A stretch of DNA of 64,000 bases from Octopus sinensis (GCF_006345805.1 NC_043019.1:30441360-30505359); one strand, 5' to 3'; numbered from the stretch's first letter, positions 24,833 to 39,475 are shown. The notes: generated from the sequence alone by a model not told the origin. Program-made: numbers and translations.

Positions 24833-25946
24833 CGTTAGTGTTGTAAGAGGTGTGTGTTAGTGTCAGGGAAGGGTTCTTCTGTAATGCAATATAAGCGAGA
24901 TGCCTGTATGAATGTGTGTAGACGACAGGAGGGGGAGAGGGAATTGTACTATAATTGTGGGGCCACAATAAAGATGTGGGTAAAAAAAGGGCAATCCCCT
25001 GGAAAGACCAATGCTGCTTGGCATTGCCTTGAAGGAGCGATGCTGTCGGAAGGTGGTGATATCTTCGTAACTCAAGTCGACAGCTGAGAAGGAGCAGTGC
25101 CTACAGAGCAAGTTACGTGTAATACATACATACACACATACATATATGCATTCATACATACATACATACATACATACATACACACACACATACACACACA
25201 CATACATACATACATACATACATACATACATACATACATAATACATACATACATACATATATACACACACACATACATACACAAATCCATACATACATAC
25301 ATATGTGTGTATGTATGCATGTGTGTATATTTATGCATGCACGTATGCATAGATGTGTGTACGTGTGCATAAATGAGTGTATGTATGCATGTATGCATGT
25401 ATGTATGTATGTATGTATGTATGTATGTATGTATGTATGTATGTATGTATGTATGTATGTGTACCTGTAGCTTGCTTTTTAATCCCTTAATCTGGAAGAA
25501 TAAATCTTTTGATCCCTCTATCACAATCCTTTGATTCCTGCTACCAACTGTAATTTCGACCCACACCCCGAAATCAACTTTCGCTAAAAGCACTTAATTC
25601 TAGGTCGAATGTCATGCCAAATATTTGGTATATCCCGTTCTGTACACACGTTCATGCAAACTCAAAATGACAGCTGTAACCGTTTTATTTATTTATTATT
25701 ATTATTATTATTTTCCTAATGAAATTCTTCGTATCCAAACTTGTAGTTTGTACAGTTCTTACGTTGCTACTTTCCAAAACTAAATATTTATTGTACATTA
25801 AAAGCTACTTGAAAAGTCTCGTCCGAAAGGGAAATCGCTTTTGTTAATACATTTGTGTAGAAATTTTAATTAAAAGCGGACACTTCGTCAATGGAAAAAG
25901 ATTCCTTGGTTCGTAATATTCACCTGTATTCCCCAACATTTTTTCT

Positions 25947-25995
<49 letters not shown>

Positions 25996-27180
25996 ATAAT
26001 TATAATTATTAACTAACTAGGGAACCCCTACATCATCTTACAGCTTGCTAGAAGTAGCAGCCTAATCTCAAATCACGTTCTACCATCTTGTAGTTAAAGG
26101 TTGTAACTGACCGTAGTTCAGCCTGAGGTCAGCCTTGATCGTGCAGATATACGATCTCAAGCTTTCCAGATACGACTATCCAGTCTTTTTAAGAGTATTT
26201 TGGACTACATTGACCAACATGTCTTTACCATTTTTTAAGCCGGTGGGATGCGATATGAGAAAGATTTAGCTGCTATTTCTAGCACGAAGAGCGGTGGCGC
26301 CGGGATTTCTTCTTTCGCTGTTATGTATAGGTGTTACTGTCCCGATTGAGGAGACCAAAGATGAAAAGATGAGGCGTTTCTTCCTCTATTTTTTAAGACT
26401 GTAAAGTGGGATTTCAAAGAAATTTGACTACTATTTCTAGCAGGTGATACCACAATGTGTAGGAGCTCCCTCATTCGTTTACGTTTGTGTTGGTGTTCAG
26501 ACTTATTTCCAGCAGTTTTGACCAAAGACGTCCCATTTGTGATCATTTCGTCTTTCACTCACTGTGTCTGGAACCACATTATCTAATGTGTCTTTACTCA
26601 TTTTATTAGTCCCATTATGATAGGTTTCTAGCCGAAACTACCTCGTATTTTTCCTGCATATAGTGCATTTAAGACCACATTATCAAGCATGTCCTTCTCT
26701 TATACGACTTTTCTTTATTGTTTAATCAAAAAGAAAAGGCAGCATCCACTGCCTTTTATTTTGGAGGGACATCTGAGATCACATTGTTGACCTGGATGGA
26801 ATTCTTGCCACAGAGTGCTTCGCTAAGGGCATCCAATGACCATGTGGGGGTATTAGACTGGGTGACGGTTTGAGTCCACTACTCAAGAACTTAGAAAGAT
26901 AAAGTGTCAGAACATTGACAAAGAATCTTGTCTGAGGCTCCAAAAATTCCGCATTGATTGGTACTTTATTTTATCGACCTTAAAAATATGAAAGTCAAAG
27001 TTATCTTCAGGAATTTGGACTCAGAGCACTCTAATGACTTAGCAAATTCGTGTGTTTCTATGGTTTGAAGTAGATGTGGCTGCTATTTCTAGCAGGTGCA
27101 ATAACCGCTCAGATGTCGCTTTATTATTTCGTGGTTTTGATAGATTTTGCACGTTGCACATGGCCCTCATTTCTTATATC

Positions 27181-27257
<77 letters not shown>

Positions 27258-27455
27258 CCTCAAGCGTACACACACAAAACATACGCACACACACACACAC
27301 ACTCACACACACACACACACACACACAACACATGCTACAGATTGGTGACTCTCTCGCGATGTTGTTTCTTCATAATTCTCATTAAAATGTGATTTTGCAG
27401 AAATACGTTTCCAAGATTGTAGATTACATGATATTGATGTTTCAAATATATAAAT

Positions 27456-27540
<85 letters not shown>

Positions 27541-29235
27541 TGGGGTGGAGAGATGTTAAATTTATAGAAATTGCTGGTAACAAAGTCAGGGCGGTGCTGG
27601 GAAGAACGAACCAAAATCTTCAAGTAAAAAAAAAAAGAAATTTTTTCCCCTAAATTTTATCAGCATAATTGTAATATACACTGTTAGGTATGTAATAACT
27701 CTGCAAAATTTAATTTAAAAATATACATTTTCCAGAAAGTTATAAGGAAACAGAGTATCGGTAGAGGCACTAATCTGTAGTTATGCCATACATACATACA
27801 TATTTTTATGTATGTATGTATTAGTCTGTGTGTGCGTGTGCACATACACATATTTTACTGATAATTTAAACGACCGCGTGGCCCAGTCGTTTAAATTACT
27901 AATAGGGTTTCTTTTTATTTACTTTGAAGTAGTAACCACTTAGTTTATTAACAAGCAAGATTTTTTATTATTCTTATTATTATTTTAATTTCAAATAAAC
28001 GATATTGTTAAAGTGAGGCTCAGGTGCGTTGGTGGAAACTTCTGTCAGCCGTTCGTTGTTAATCATAATCTAAAGCATTACGGAGATAACTTGGTCACGT
28101 TCCTATTTCGTAGTTGTTTACTTGAGAAGAAAGGCTTGAAATAGGTGATGTGTTCAACCACTACCTATCGGCCTACCTACCTACTTTTTTCCTAAATACC
28201 TTCACTGCATGTGCTGTCATAGTTTCTCTCTTAACTAACGAACGAAACACGTTGACTTCGGATGTTGTATCTATTTACCCTGTGCAAAGAAAGAAGTTCA
28301 TATTAATGCGAATATTCATTAAGAATCGATGACAAACTCTTTTATATTTCATTTATAAGTTATATTAATTATCATAGTAAGCGAATCTGTGTATAGCTTA
28401 AAGAAAGGAGACCAACAAAAGTTTTAATTAACCTGCTGAAACAGAACCAGAGTCACACAGGTAAGATACAACTAACGTATATACATGTATATAACCGGTC
28501 ATAATTATGAAATATAAATTATCATGTAGGTTTTATTGTTACTTTTTATTGATAATGTTTATTCCAAGCGATGAAACGTTTGTTTGAGAAGTTTTTAGGA
28601 TCCGATTCTATTCTAACATTTAAAAAAAGATATTGATTTAAAAAAAAAATGACTGGTCTCTCGTTAAGGTTTGATCGAATTATGGAAGTTACAATTTGAA
28701 GCGGCTCTTGCCAACAGCACTGACTAAATATGGGTAGAGTTTGATTCCTTCCACACCTTACTAGTTCTGTTTATTGTTACAACGTCTGACATTTGAAAAA
28801 AATCGTTTGTGCTCTCTCTGTGTGTGTTTTATTTTTATTTTTCCGCATTCCATGTTTTTGTCTAATCGCGAATCTTTGTTCTCGATTGCTAAGCCTGTTA
28901 GGGCTTGTTTTTTTTAAAACTGTTTACGTGCTGTTTTGATGGAAGTGATAAAAAAACACAAAACATTATAATTATGTGATAGCTTTCATTTGGTGATACA
29001 AAATGAACTTGCTGTCTTTATGCAAAACAATGCTATTACCATGCACACACACACAAATATCGAACGTGGTGGAAGGTTTTCAAAGACTATAATATAAAAC
29101 AATTGCATATATGTGTATGTACACACACACACACACACACACGTATACACTCACGCAGATGGACATACACACATACATACATACACATGCACAATCATTC
29201 GCAGATCATCAATGACAAAATCGGAGTAAAGATTG

Positions 29236-29292
<57 letters not shown>

Positions 29293-29373
29293 GAGCGCCT
29301 AATAATACTTTAATTGTTCCACCTCCTTGCGTTGTTGTCTTTTTTGTTTTCTTGTTTGGATTAACTTTATATA

Positions 29374-29431
<58 letters not shown>

Positions 29432-31879
29432 AATTCATAGCATAATTACTTCTACAGGAATAAACAAGTTTCAGTTTAGAGACTTGGCTCTGTTGGGACA
29501 AGACAAACTGGAGTGGTTTTGATTGTGTGACATGACCTTTGAAGAATTAACCGGGGTGGCTAGGGAGGACTAATACAATTTAATCATGGCAATAATATAT
29601 ATTGTATTAGCTAAACAAATCTCTACACTGAAGTACAATTAAATCTGATTTTAGGTCAGCCGAACAGTTTGAGATATTTATGTTTTAAGTTTGTTCAATA
29701 TAATTGCGTAGATAATGTCTTTTAAGTGAAATGTCAAAAAAAAAAAAAAAATGTACAGTGCCGACTGAAGCTGGAAAAATCATTGTGAATAGTTAGTTTG
29801 TTTACTCCATCGAAGAAGTTCTCTGGATGCCTTGCTAAACTTATTAATTAATTATTACCTGCTGCAAATTTTGAAGCATAACTACTTAGTAAAGATTATA
29901 TATATATGCTGCTCCCTTGCTCACCGTATATTTCAGACACATTGTGTGTCGATGACCAGCTGGAAAAGATGTTTTCCTGGGGGGTTAAAAAGTAATTACA
30001 TGGTCCTACGCAGGACTGTCACCTTACGCTGGCAAATAAATTTTACGATATATATATATAGGTAGATAGATAGATAGATAGATAGATAGAGAGTAGATAG
30101 ATATACTGCTGTTGTTATTAGCCTCAAGTCAAGCATTTAAGCAGAACTATAACGAAATCTATTCAAACCATCATCACCATCCTGTCTTTTTTTTTCTTTC
30201 TAATTTCCTTTTCGGGCAATGTCCTTATTTAACAGTAGAGGGTTATTTGAGGGAGATACAGTTACTATTTATAGCAGATCGAGCGACAGTGTAGATATCC
30301 TAGTCCACTAGTATGTTTGTTATTGATTCTAGCCCTCGTTGAGTACTCCTAAGATCAAAAGCAATTCCAGCTATGGAATTTTCTAAAATAATTCTATAGA
30401 TTTACAAAAAGATGACATGTATACGTTTCATCCTTTCCATTTCTCTATCTCCCTATCTATCTATCTATCTATCTATCTGTCTAGAACTACGATGTCCAAT
30501 GTATGCATGTGTATTTTAAGGCAAGGCTGTGATTTTTTTAGATGGGGAGAGAGAATTTGTCTGCGGTTTTTTAAAAGATCGAGATTATGCCGTATTTATC
30601 TCCACACCCCTGCTGCTCTATATATGTATAATTAATAATATATAAAACATGCTACCAAAACAAAAAAAGAAAGAGAAAAAGAAACGTGATTTATTAATCT
30701 TTGACGGTGTTATATGAAAGGTGGGTGATGGGAAGACTTTAAGATCAATCGATATATAAACGCAATCGTTGTGTTCACCTGACAGTGTCACGTGTAGAAA
30801 AGCTCGCTTTCATCCCAAGTGTAATCTAAAACCGTCCCAGCTACTACTAATGTTGTAGCAAGTACTAAGTAGTTGTAACTAATCTGCACAAGTTTGAAAT
30901 AATCGAAATATTCTAACTGGGCTACTACGTTTAGAAACCATCTAATCGAAATATCGTAACTAGGTTACTACTTTTAGAAACCATCTATACATTGTGTGTG
31001 TGTATGACACATTATTACTAAATTAATTTATCATTTCGCAAGGAAAAAAAATACTCTATTATTTTAAAATATAATTCTAAATGCAACAACTATGCAATCA
31101 AATGATAAACTCTTTTCTATTTGTCTAACTACTTATTTACCTGCCTGGTTATCTCCGTATTTATCTATTTATCTATCAACCTACCTCTCTCTTTCTGTGT
31201 ACGTGTGTGAGTGTTTGTACCTCTATATCTGCTTGCCTGACAACATACGTTAAAATCAGGAGATCCGACGATCTGCATCTTCTCTGCCTCGTCCAAAGAA
31301 CGGTTCGGTAACTTTAACTCTTCGCGTACTTTTACAACTGCCTGAAGACATCCGGCTCACCTAACTCATTAATTTTACTGGGTGAAATAGGTGTTCACCA
31401 TCCCTAAGCACCGAACTACATAGTATTTATCTGACTGTTTGTTAATAAATAGAAATGTAACGAATGCGAATGACCCGCTGTGTATCAGATTACTCTATCT
31501 CTAGTTTAATTCGACGATATTACTACAAAGAACCTAATAGTTTTCACTGTCTCACTCGGGTGGGTAGCAACCACAATTGTTGGTTTGGGTATGACGCAAG
31601 ACTAACGTTTCTAACCGCTAAAAATATCGAAACCACTATTTATAGGTTTATATTTTATCGATCCCAGAGTAAGTTAGTTATTGACAAGTTTAGCAGAAGA
31701 GACGACAACTGAAATATACTTTATGGAGTGTGTGTGTTTGCACATACGTTTATGTGTATGTATATATATTTGTCTTCAAACACACATATATGTTAATATA
31801 TATAAGTACAGTGCAGAGTCTTCGAAATTCCGAGCTGTTGTCCGGCACACTATGACCAGAGGGGGTGAAAGCACTCTTT

Positions 31880-32450
31880 AACTTTCGTTGAAGTATGTCT
31901 CTAGGTGAAGGTTACATTGTTGTAAAACCTCTTAACGTTGCTGAGACAGATTGTGCAAGCTGTTCTCAAAATTTCGCACGGCCATTGCTGACATATTTTC
32001 TAATTGTCAATGATGGTCAAACTCGTTTAACGAGTTAACTTTATTCTCATCGTGGAGAATAATTCGACGATAGCCCCCCCCCCCATGGGTGAGTTCACAA
32101 ATCCCACCCGCCACATTTTTGCTTGTGATCCGTCACTGTGAATGTTCATCTTCTTGAACCAACACTCTACTAGCCTTGAAAGGGGCATGCCACTCAAAAA
32201 CTTACGATCAACTTAAAGATTTATTTTAATGTTCACTAAAAGCCTGAAGAAGCGTTTTACAGGTTTTGATAGTTGATTTTCCATGCAAAATTTGAAGGCA
32301 AGAATGTTTCTCAAATTTGTCAGCTATCATAAAAACTGCACAATTCTTCTAACACCATGTTGCAAAATCTTACATAATGATTGAGGTAGCTTGTACTACT
32401 ATTTCAAAGATATTTATCTAAAAGAACCATGAACTTTTTGCCTGCATGCT
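31880..32450 (-). mobile_element. Internally deleted, decayed mariner remnant
   Basis: The minus strand encodes KSTIKTCKTLLQAFSE...VFEWHAPFKASRVLVQEDEHS (VFEW starts at 32201), resembling the mariner N-terminal motif VFEWHKRFKEGRESVEDD. Multiple stops. Confidence 0.6.
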
Positions 32451-32920
32451 TTGAATGTTAATTCTAATGTAGGGAAGAAATTACTGGCCTTTTTAAACAA
32501 AAGGTCGTGGATCTTTTCGCTTTGACCAGCAGATTTTTAAAATAATTTCTTTGTATCTAAACACTTTTAAACTTCGTATACTGGTAGAATGTGTTATATA
32601 AAACATCTTTTTCTCTTGGCTTTCTTGAGAAAATTCTGTAGTTTGTAAGCTATTTATTGTTTAATTTCTTGCATTTCGGCAATTTCAACCAATCAATGAC
32701 GTCTATTGGGGTGAAGGTTTTCGAAAAGTATTCCATGAAAATCAGCTACAGTTCTCTTAACAATGAAGGTGCTCATCACAAACAAGCTTGTTAAACATGA
32801 CAGGCCTGGTTGTTCATGCAGGAAGACAGTTACTTACTTGCCTTCTTAGGTTAGATATTCAATGTAAAATTGATTATATATAAAGTGTTGGTTACCTCTA
32901 ACATGCTAAACTGAATAGCA

Positions 32921-33440
32921 GATAATTTCTGTTAGTTTGCTGACCTAACTGGCAGGGGAGGAGGATGCTCTGAAAGCATAGCTGCTAAAATAAGAATTGG
33001 CTGGAGAAAGTTCAGAGAGCTTTTATCTCTGTTGGTAATGAAAGGCCTCTCTTCCAGAGAGAAAGACAGATTGTAAGATGCTTGTGTATGAACAGCAATG
33101 TTACATGGTAGTGAAACGTGGGCTGTGAATGCAGAAAGGTTAGAGAGAAAAAAAGAAGCCAGTATGCTTCACTTCAGTATATATGTACAACAAAATGTTA
33201 ATATGTATTAAGAGAAAAATTGAGAAAAAGAAACATCAGAGAGAAGACTGCTGGTATAGTCATGTGATGGATATGGATGAGGACTGCTGCATAAAGAAGT
33301 ACTGACCGCTAAATGTGGATGGAGTCTGTAGAAGAGGTAGACCCTGGAAGGCATGGGGAGAAAGTGAAGAATGATCTTGAGATAATGGGTCTCACAGAAA
33401 TGACAAAATGAGTTGATTGATGGTTTACTGTGCTCAAGAA
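32921..33440 (+). mobile_element. Decayed RTE-clade LINE ORF C-terminal fragment
   Basis: Translates with disruptions to DNFC..GGGCSESIAAKIRIGWRKFRELLSLL...AMLHGSETWAVNAE...WYSHVM...GVCRRGRPWKAW. Confidence 0.85.
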
Positions 33441-34611
33441 AACCTATCCATTGCTGCAAAAATGAGGCCCTAAAAACATATTGCTTTTGAATATGCCCCT
33501 GCATCCAATCTCTCCCTGGCGTATCTCTTCCCTACAACTCCTCTTCCTAACACCCACTTCTCTATCACTCTTCTGACTACAGCACTATTCACTCAGCGAC
33601 TGGAATTATATGAGAGTGGAACTGAGCATCTTCCATCCTCCATCATTTTTTGTACTCCATTTCACCCTTCCTGGGACCACTCACTATGTCTTTTGTATTC
33701 TCAGTATCTTCCCTTACTTCCTTATTTTCTGCTGACTGGCTCTTTCTCCTCCACTTTTTCCCTTGTACATCCTCTCATTCCACCAATGTAAGTCCCCACT
33801 ACTTATGTTCATCTCCCACTATTTCCACCCCTATGTACCTCTGACCTTGTCCCTGGAACTGTGCATCTCTTGTTCACTGCCCACACTCCACATCACCTAT
33901 GCTATCTCCTATTGCCTTCACTTTCTCCCCCAACACACACACACAACCAAAAAAGCAAAGATATTCAACCATTCACTGCATTCACCCCTATCTCTATCTG
34001 CTACTCTCCTTTCAGTTTTTCATGATCTTACTATGCGCTCTCCCTGTTCAATCCTCTGGACCATTTCTCTTATATTTACCTTCCTGTAACTTAAGGATAC
34101 ACCACGACAATTCTTCACCACCCTTCTTCATTTCATGTTGCTCCAGTCCACTCAGCTGGCAAAAATGAGTAACGCTGCGATGGACTGACATCCCGTCCAG
34201 CTGGGGAACACATATGCCATAGAAACCGGGAAACTGGGCCCATGAGCCTGGCTAGGTTTCTTTTCCAACTGAGTTAGCCATGTATCTCCTCTACTGTATG
34301 GCATCTGTTTTTGTCCCTCTATTGTGCTTTAACCTCTCATCACTTGGCATAAAGCTGCCTCCCTCAATACTGCAACCCACCCTCAGTTAAAGGGTTTTTG
34401 CAAGATACTTGGTGATCTACTGAGTGTTGCTATCACATAAAAAGCACCCAGTACAGTCTGTGAAGTGATTGGCTTAACCCTTCAGCATTCAGATTGCTCT
34501 GTCAAACGTTACACTTATTCATATTGCTTTGAATTAATCACGTATTATCTTGTAGTTTTGAAATTTCGATGTTGTGATTATATGTTTTTAGAATGACATT
34601 ATAGGGTAGGG

Positions 34612-34862
34612 TGGAGGCATGTAACTTAGTGGTTAGGGTGTCAGCATCATGATCGTAAGATTGTGGTTTCGATTCCCGGACTGGGCGACGCGTTGTGTTC
34701 TTGAGCAAAACACTTCATTTCACATTGCTCCAGTCCACTCAACTGGCAAAAATGAGTAACGCTGCGATGGACTGGCATCCCATCCAGCTGGGGAACACAT
34801 ATGCCATAGAAACAGGGAAACCGGGCCCATGAGCCTGGCTAGGCTTTAAAAAAAGGGTGCAC
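34612..34862 (+). mobile_element. SINE family C variant
   Basis: tRNA-like head (TTAGTGGTTAGGG...GGTTTCGATTCCCGG) plus CTTGAGCAAAACACTTCATTTCAC...GCGATGGACTGGCATCCCATCCAGC. Partial copies at 34127-34260, 39555-39735 and 49545-49680. Confidence 0.75.
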
Positions 34863-35468
34863 TTATTTTTTTATTTATTATAGGGTAGGTGTAAGTTGCT
34901 GGATCTGACAAGTTTGAACATAAAAACGGGTAGAATATTTGGGTGAGATACGGCTGGCTTAAATGCTAAAAAGTTGAATGATTTCAAGTCATGGAAACGA
35001 TGACATGGCAGACATTCAAACTTGACACGATTCTCTGGCTTGTCAGCTCCTGTCATACTATCCAATCCATGTTGGATGGGAAAACAGACATTATTCACAC
35101 TCACACACATATACACACCCATTTGATTTTATCATTATACTCTCTTCACATGCTTCTCCGTTTTCACACCTTTTACACAACAATAGTCCCTCAATATATA
35201 CACACACTCTCTCTCTCATACACACACACACATACAGGATTGGTCAAAAGTCACTTGGCATTAAATCAAAACCCATTAAATTCCAAGATTTATTTATGTT
35301 TAACAACTGAATGAGACTTCACTAATGAACAGACAAATGTTGAGAAAATAACTGATTTTGACTCAGCATTTAATTATCTAATATTCATAATTGGAATGAA
35401 TAAATTAAACTGAATATTAAGTATTTATGGACTTTTGATTACTGTTGGGTGACTTTTGGCCAACTCTG

Positions 35469-35508
<40 letters not shown>

Positions 35509-35653
35509 GGGAAGCTTTATGAAAATAAACAAAAGACGAAGGCAGGTGGAGTACAAACAAACAATTGTATTAGTATGGCGCTCAGGAATATAAATAAAAC
35601 AAGTCTTTTACGTTTCGAGCCTATGCTCTTCAACAGAAAGATACACAGAAAAA

Positions 35654-35684
<31 letters not shown>

Positions 35685-35880
35685 GCAATAAGAAAATGGA
35701 GGGGATCAATAGGTGGTATTCATCAACTTTTAGACATTATATTATGTCTATTTATTTATTTGCTAACATGACAATTACAACAATATACATACAGGTATAA
35801 CATATTATGCTTTACACATAAAATATATAAAAATACCAGTAATTAATAAAATATATAACATTCAGGAATAGAGATAGGGA

Positions 35881-36011
35881 AAATATCTTACAGCTGTTTC
35901 AGCCAAGAGGCAAAAATACCTCATTCTACCTTTATCACTCCAGCAGACTGAAGTAATTAGTAGATGAAATTGAGGTACTTGGGTGTTTCTCTAGGCTTCG
36001 TCAGCGATTTT
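35881..36011 (-). ncRNA. Type I hammerhead-like motif with a 97-nt extended stem II
   Basis: Minus strand AAAAUCG-CUGACGA-AGCCUAGAG...CUCUUGGCU-GAAA-CAGCUG-UA^-AGAUAUUUU. The stem II insert folds into nested helices. Confidence 0.6.
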
Positions 36012-36753
36012 AGAAAGTGCATAAGGTTAAATATATATATTTCTACATGTAGAACCATTAATCCTGACACCTTTTTTTTTCACTCCCTCTAATTTTTCCC
36101 TCTCAAAACGTCAAAGACTTTTCCATTTTCCCCAAGTGTCAAACTAATACACCTCACCTGTCCTTGTCTTTTGTTTTCTGTACATTTAACCCATCAAGCC
36201 AAGTGAAATAGTAGTTATGGAAGATACTGGTGTCACACAACTACCACCTGTGCTGACGGCACATAAAAGTACACATTGCATTCTTGGAGTGTTTGGCGTT
36301 AAGAAGGACATCCAGCTGTAGAAACCATGCCAAATCAGACTAGAGTCTGGTACAACCTTCCAGCTTGACAGCCCTGGTTAAACCGTCCAACCCATGGCAG
36401 CATGGACAATTGATGTTAGATGCTGATGACAATGATGATGATGATATATATATATATATATATGTAGGAAAAAAAGCAACAAGAATGGATTAAAATCTCG
36501 GTACGATCGTTTCGTACGAGGACATCTTTAATAAGCTACAAAAAATGCAGTGAATACAGATGGCTCGTACTCGTCAGCCGAAAAAATATCAGAGAATTCC
36601 CAAACATCAAAAGGTGTAGATACAAAAGAGGTTGTAAGATTAACTGCATTGAAGAAAGTTCGATTCATGGAGATCCGATGAAAGGTTTTAAACCTATAGA
36701 ATTTATGCATGTCTACATATAGCTAAATGCTCAATTACTTAACCGTATATATA

Positions 36754-36812
<59 letters not shown>

Positions 36813-36879
36813 AAAGAGGACATAGGCGCGGGCATGGCTGTGTGGTAAGAAGCTTGCTTCCAAACACATGTGTATTTAT

Positions 36880-37045
36880 ATAGGTGCAGGAGTGGGTGTG
36901 TAAATAGCTTGTTTACCAACCACATGGTTCCAGGTTCAGTTCCACTGTGTGGCACCTTGGGCAAGTGTCTTCTACTATAGCCTCAGGCCAACCAAAGCCT
37001 TGTAAGTGGATTTGGTAGATGGAAACTGAAAGAAGCCCATTGTAT
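36880..37045 (+). mobile_element. SINE family B 5' half, preceded by a duplicated head (36823-36870) and followed by a PLE-like fragment
   Basis: ATAGGCGCGGGCATGGCTGTGTGG..., then ATAGGTGCAGGAGTGGGTGTG...GAAAGAAGCCCATTG(TA)n. Confidence 0.75.
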
Positions 37046-37321
37046 ATATATATATATATATAACAGAAAGCTTTACGAAAATAAACAAAAGACGAAGGCA
37101 GGTGGAGTACAAGCAAACAATTGTATTAGTATGGCGCTCAGGAATGGAAATAAAACAAGTCTTTTACGTTTCGAGCCTACGCTCTTCAACAGAAAGATAC
37201 ACAGAAAAGAAACACGGAGAGAAACAAGGAGAGAGTAAAAATGCGTGCAGGAGCTAACGAATCAACATGGCGGTCTGATTTCGGTAGGAGTCAGAGATCA
37301 GACGTTAGACGTGTGTGTGTG

Positions 37322-38107
37322 TATGCTTTTGATGCAAATGGTTTTTTATACAGCACCAAGTTTACAATCCTGCAAATAATAATAATGGTGTTTTTATATA
37401 AGCTTAAAGCAATCACCATGAAATGGCTAAAGAAAATAGTCTAATAAAGGGGCATATAAGCCCTCAGCAGAAAAAGAAGGCTTTCCTATCCACATGTGAG
37501 ATGAACCCACATCCCTTTGTTAACGCGACTAAGTGTGTTACCTTTACACCAGCAAATCAGCCTCTCCATTTCTGTCAAATTTAAGAACTATAATAGTTTG
37601 TGTTTGTTTTTATTGTAAACAAACTTTCTATATGCTTTCAGTGCAAAAGGTTTTTTTTTATACAGTGCCAAGTTCACAATCCTGTGAATAATAATAATGG
37701 TATTTTTATATAAGCTTAAAGCTTATGGCGATCACCGTGCAATGACGAAGGAAAATAGTCTAATAAAGGGGCATATAAGCCCTCAGCAGAAAAAGAAGGC
37801 TTTCCTATCCACATGTGAGATGAACCCACATCCCTTTGTTAACGCGACTAAGTGTGTTACCTTTACACCAGCAAATCAGCCTCTCCATTTCTGTCAAATT
37901 TAAGAACTATAATAGTTTGTGTTTGTTTTTATTGTAAACAAACTTTCTATATGCTTTCAGTGCAAAAGGTTTTTTTTTATACAGTGCCAAGTTCACAATC
38001 CTGTGAATAATAATAATGGTATTTTTATATAAGCTTAAAGCTTATGGCGATCACCGTGCAATGACTAAGGAAAATAGTCTAATAAAGGGCCATATAAGCC
38101 CTTGACA
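37322..38107. repeat. 319-bp tandem repeat, about 2.5 copies
   Basis: GAAAATAGTCTAATAAAGG occurs at 37432, 37751 and 38070; the central copies are nearly identical. Confidence 0.9.
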
Positions 38108-39189
38108 GAATTATATATATATATATATATCAAAACAGATGGCTAGAAATATTTTGATATATTTTTGGAAATAAAAATAAACCAAATTTTCCGGTCTTCT
38201 GTTTGGTCATGTAATTACTCTGCAATAGAATTCACCAAAATTACAATTTAACTTATATATCAAGGCATTACTGTATATATATATTAATACACACACACAA
38301 ACACATGTACATATATATCATTTAAAATATACCATCTATGTACATAGATTAATAGATTAGTGTGAACATACAGCTGTACCTCACAAGGACACAGCTTAGA
38401 TACACATACACAGCCCCTTATACACATATACACACACACACACATGTATGTACATATGTTTGTTTGTATGTATGTGTGTATGCATGTGTGTGTGTGAATT
38501 TAGCTCTTTTATTATTGTTACAGTTAGCTTGAGGTTTAAGTTATTGGTGCATGAAAGAAAACTGTGATAAGTGTGCAAAAGGGAAACATATGGAAGAGGT
38601 AGCATTTCAAAATAAAACTCCCTGCAGACAGCAATGGTCAATGAAACAGGAAAAGAATTTAAAACTTTATTCTTTCTGTGTGACCTAGTACCAAATGATC
38701 TATAGCCCAAAACAGATCAGTGGTCTAGTAGTTGGGGACCACTGATGTATAGGACCCCCGAAATTAGTGGGAGAGAAGAAGGGAGCAAAATACACACAAA
38801 TGACCTGTCTAAATGCCTGTAATAGAACAGATCGACTAAAGGTACACAAAGCCCAGCTGGTAGTGTTAAACATGATGATGGAGAATGTCTAGAAATTCAA
38901 GTAGGCCATGGAGGTACTTCAACTCAGAGAGCAAAAAGCTGGAACAGACACCACAAGGTATTCTGTCTGATACTGTAAGGCAGTCATAGAGGCATATGGT
39001 TTAGTGGTTAGGGTGTTGGGCTCATGACCGTAAGATTGTGGGTTCAATCCTGTAAATAATAATAATGGTATTTTTATATAAGCTTAAAGCTTATGGCAAT
39101 CACTATGCAATGACTGAGGAAAATAGTCTAATAAAGAGCCATATAAGCCCTCAACACAATTATATATATATATATATATATGTATGTAT

Positions 39190-39475
39190 ATCATCGTCAT
39201 CATCATCGTTTAACGTCCGTTTTCCATGCTAGCATGGGTTGGACGGTTCAACTGGGGTCTAGGAAGCCAGTAGGCTGCGCCAGGCCCAGTCTGATCTGGC
39301 AGTGTTTCTACAGCTGGATGCCCTTCCTAATGCCAATCACTCCGTGAGTGTAGTGGGTGCTTTTTACGTGCCACCTGCACAGGTACCAGACGAGGCTGGC
39401 AAACGCCCACGATCGGATGGTACTTTTTACATGCCACCGGCATGGAGGCCAGTCGGGGGTGGAGCTGGCAAAGGT
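39190..39475 (-). mobile_element. RTE-related 3' end, (GAT)n tail
   Basis: CATCATCGTTTAACGTCCGTTTTCCATGCTAGCATGGGTTGGACGG...GGATGCCCTTCCTAATGCCAA. Other copies at 36240-36445, 40310-40415, 48280-48490, 52335-52815 (two in tandem), 55980-56105, 59095-59470, 61100-61240 and 61325-61585. Confidence 0.8.

Noticed and set aside
26615-26645. Hammerhead-like ATGATAGG...CCGAAAC
   Set aside because: The core lacks CUGA and no stem I or III can be supported.
31260-31375. Possible minus-strand exon ending in a GTATGT donor
   Set aside because: Poor acceptor and stops in all three frames.
38718-38744. 27-bp stub with CAGTGGTC/GACCACTG hAT-like ends
   Set aside because: No TSD and too short to distinguish from chance.
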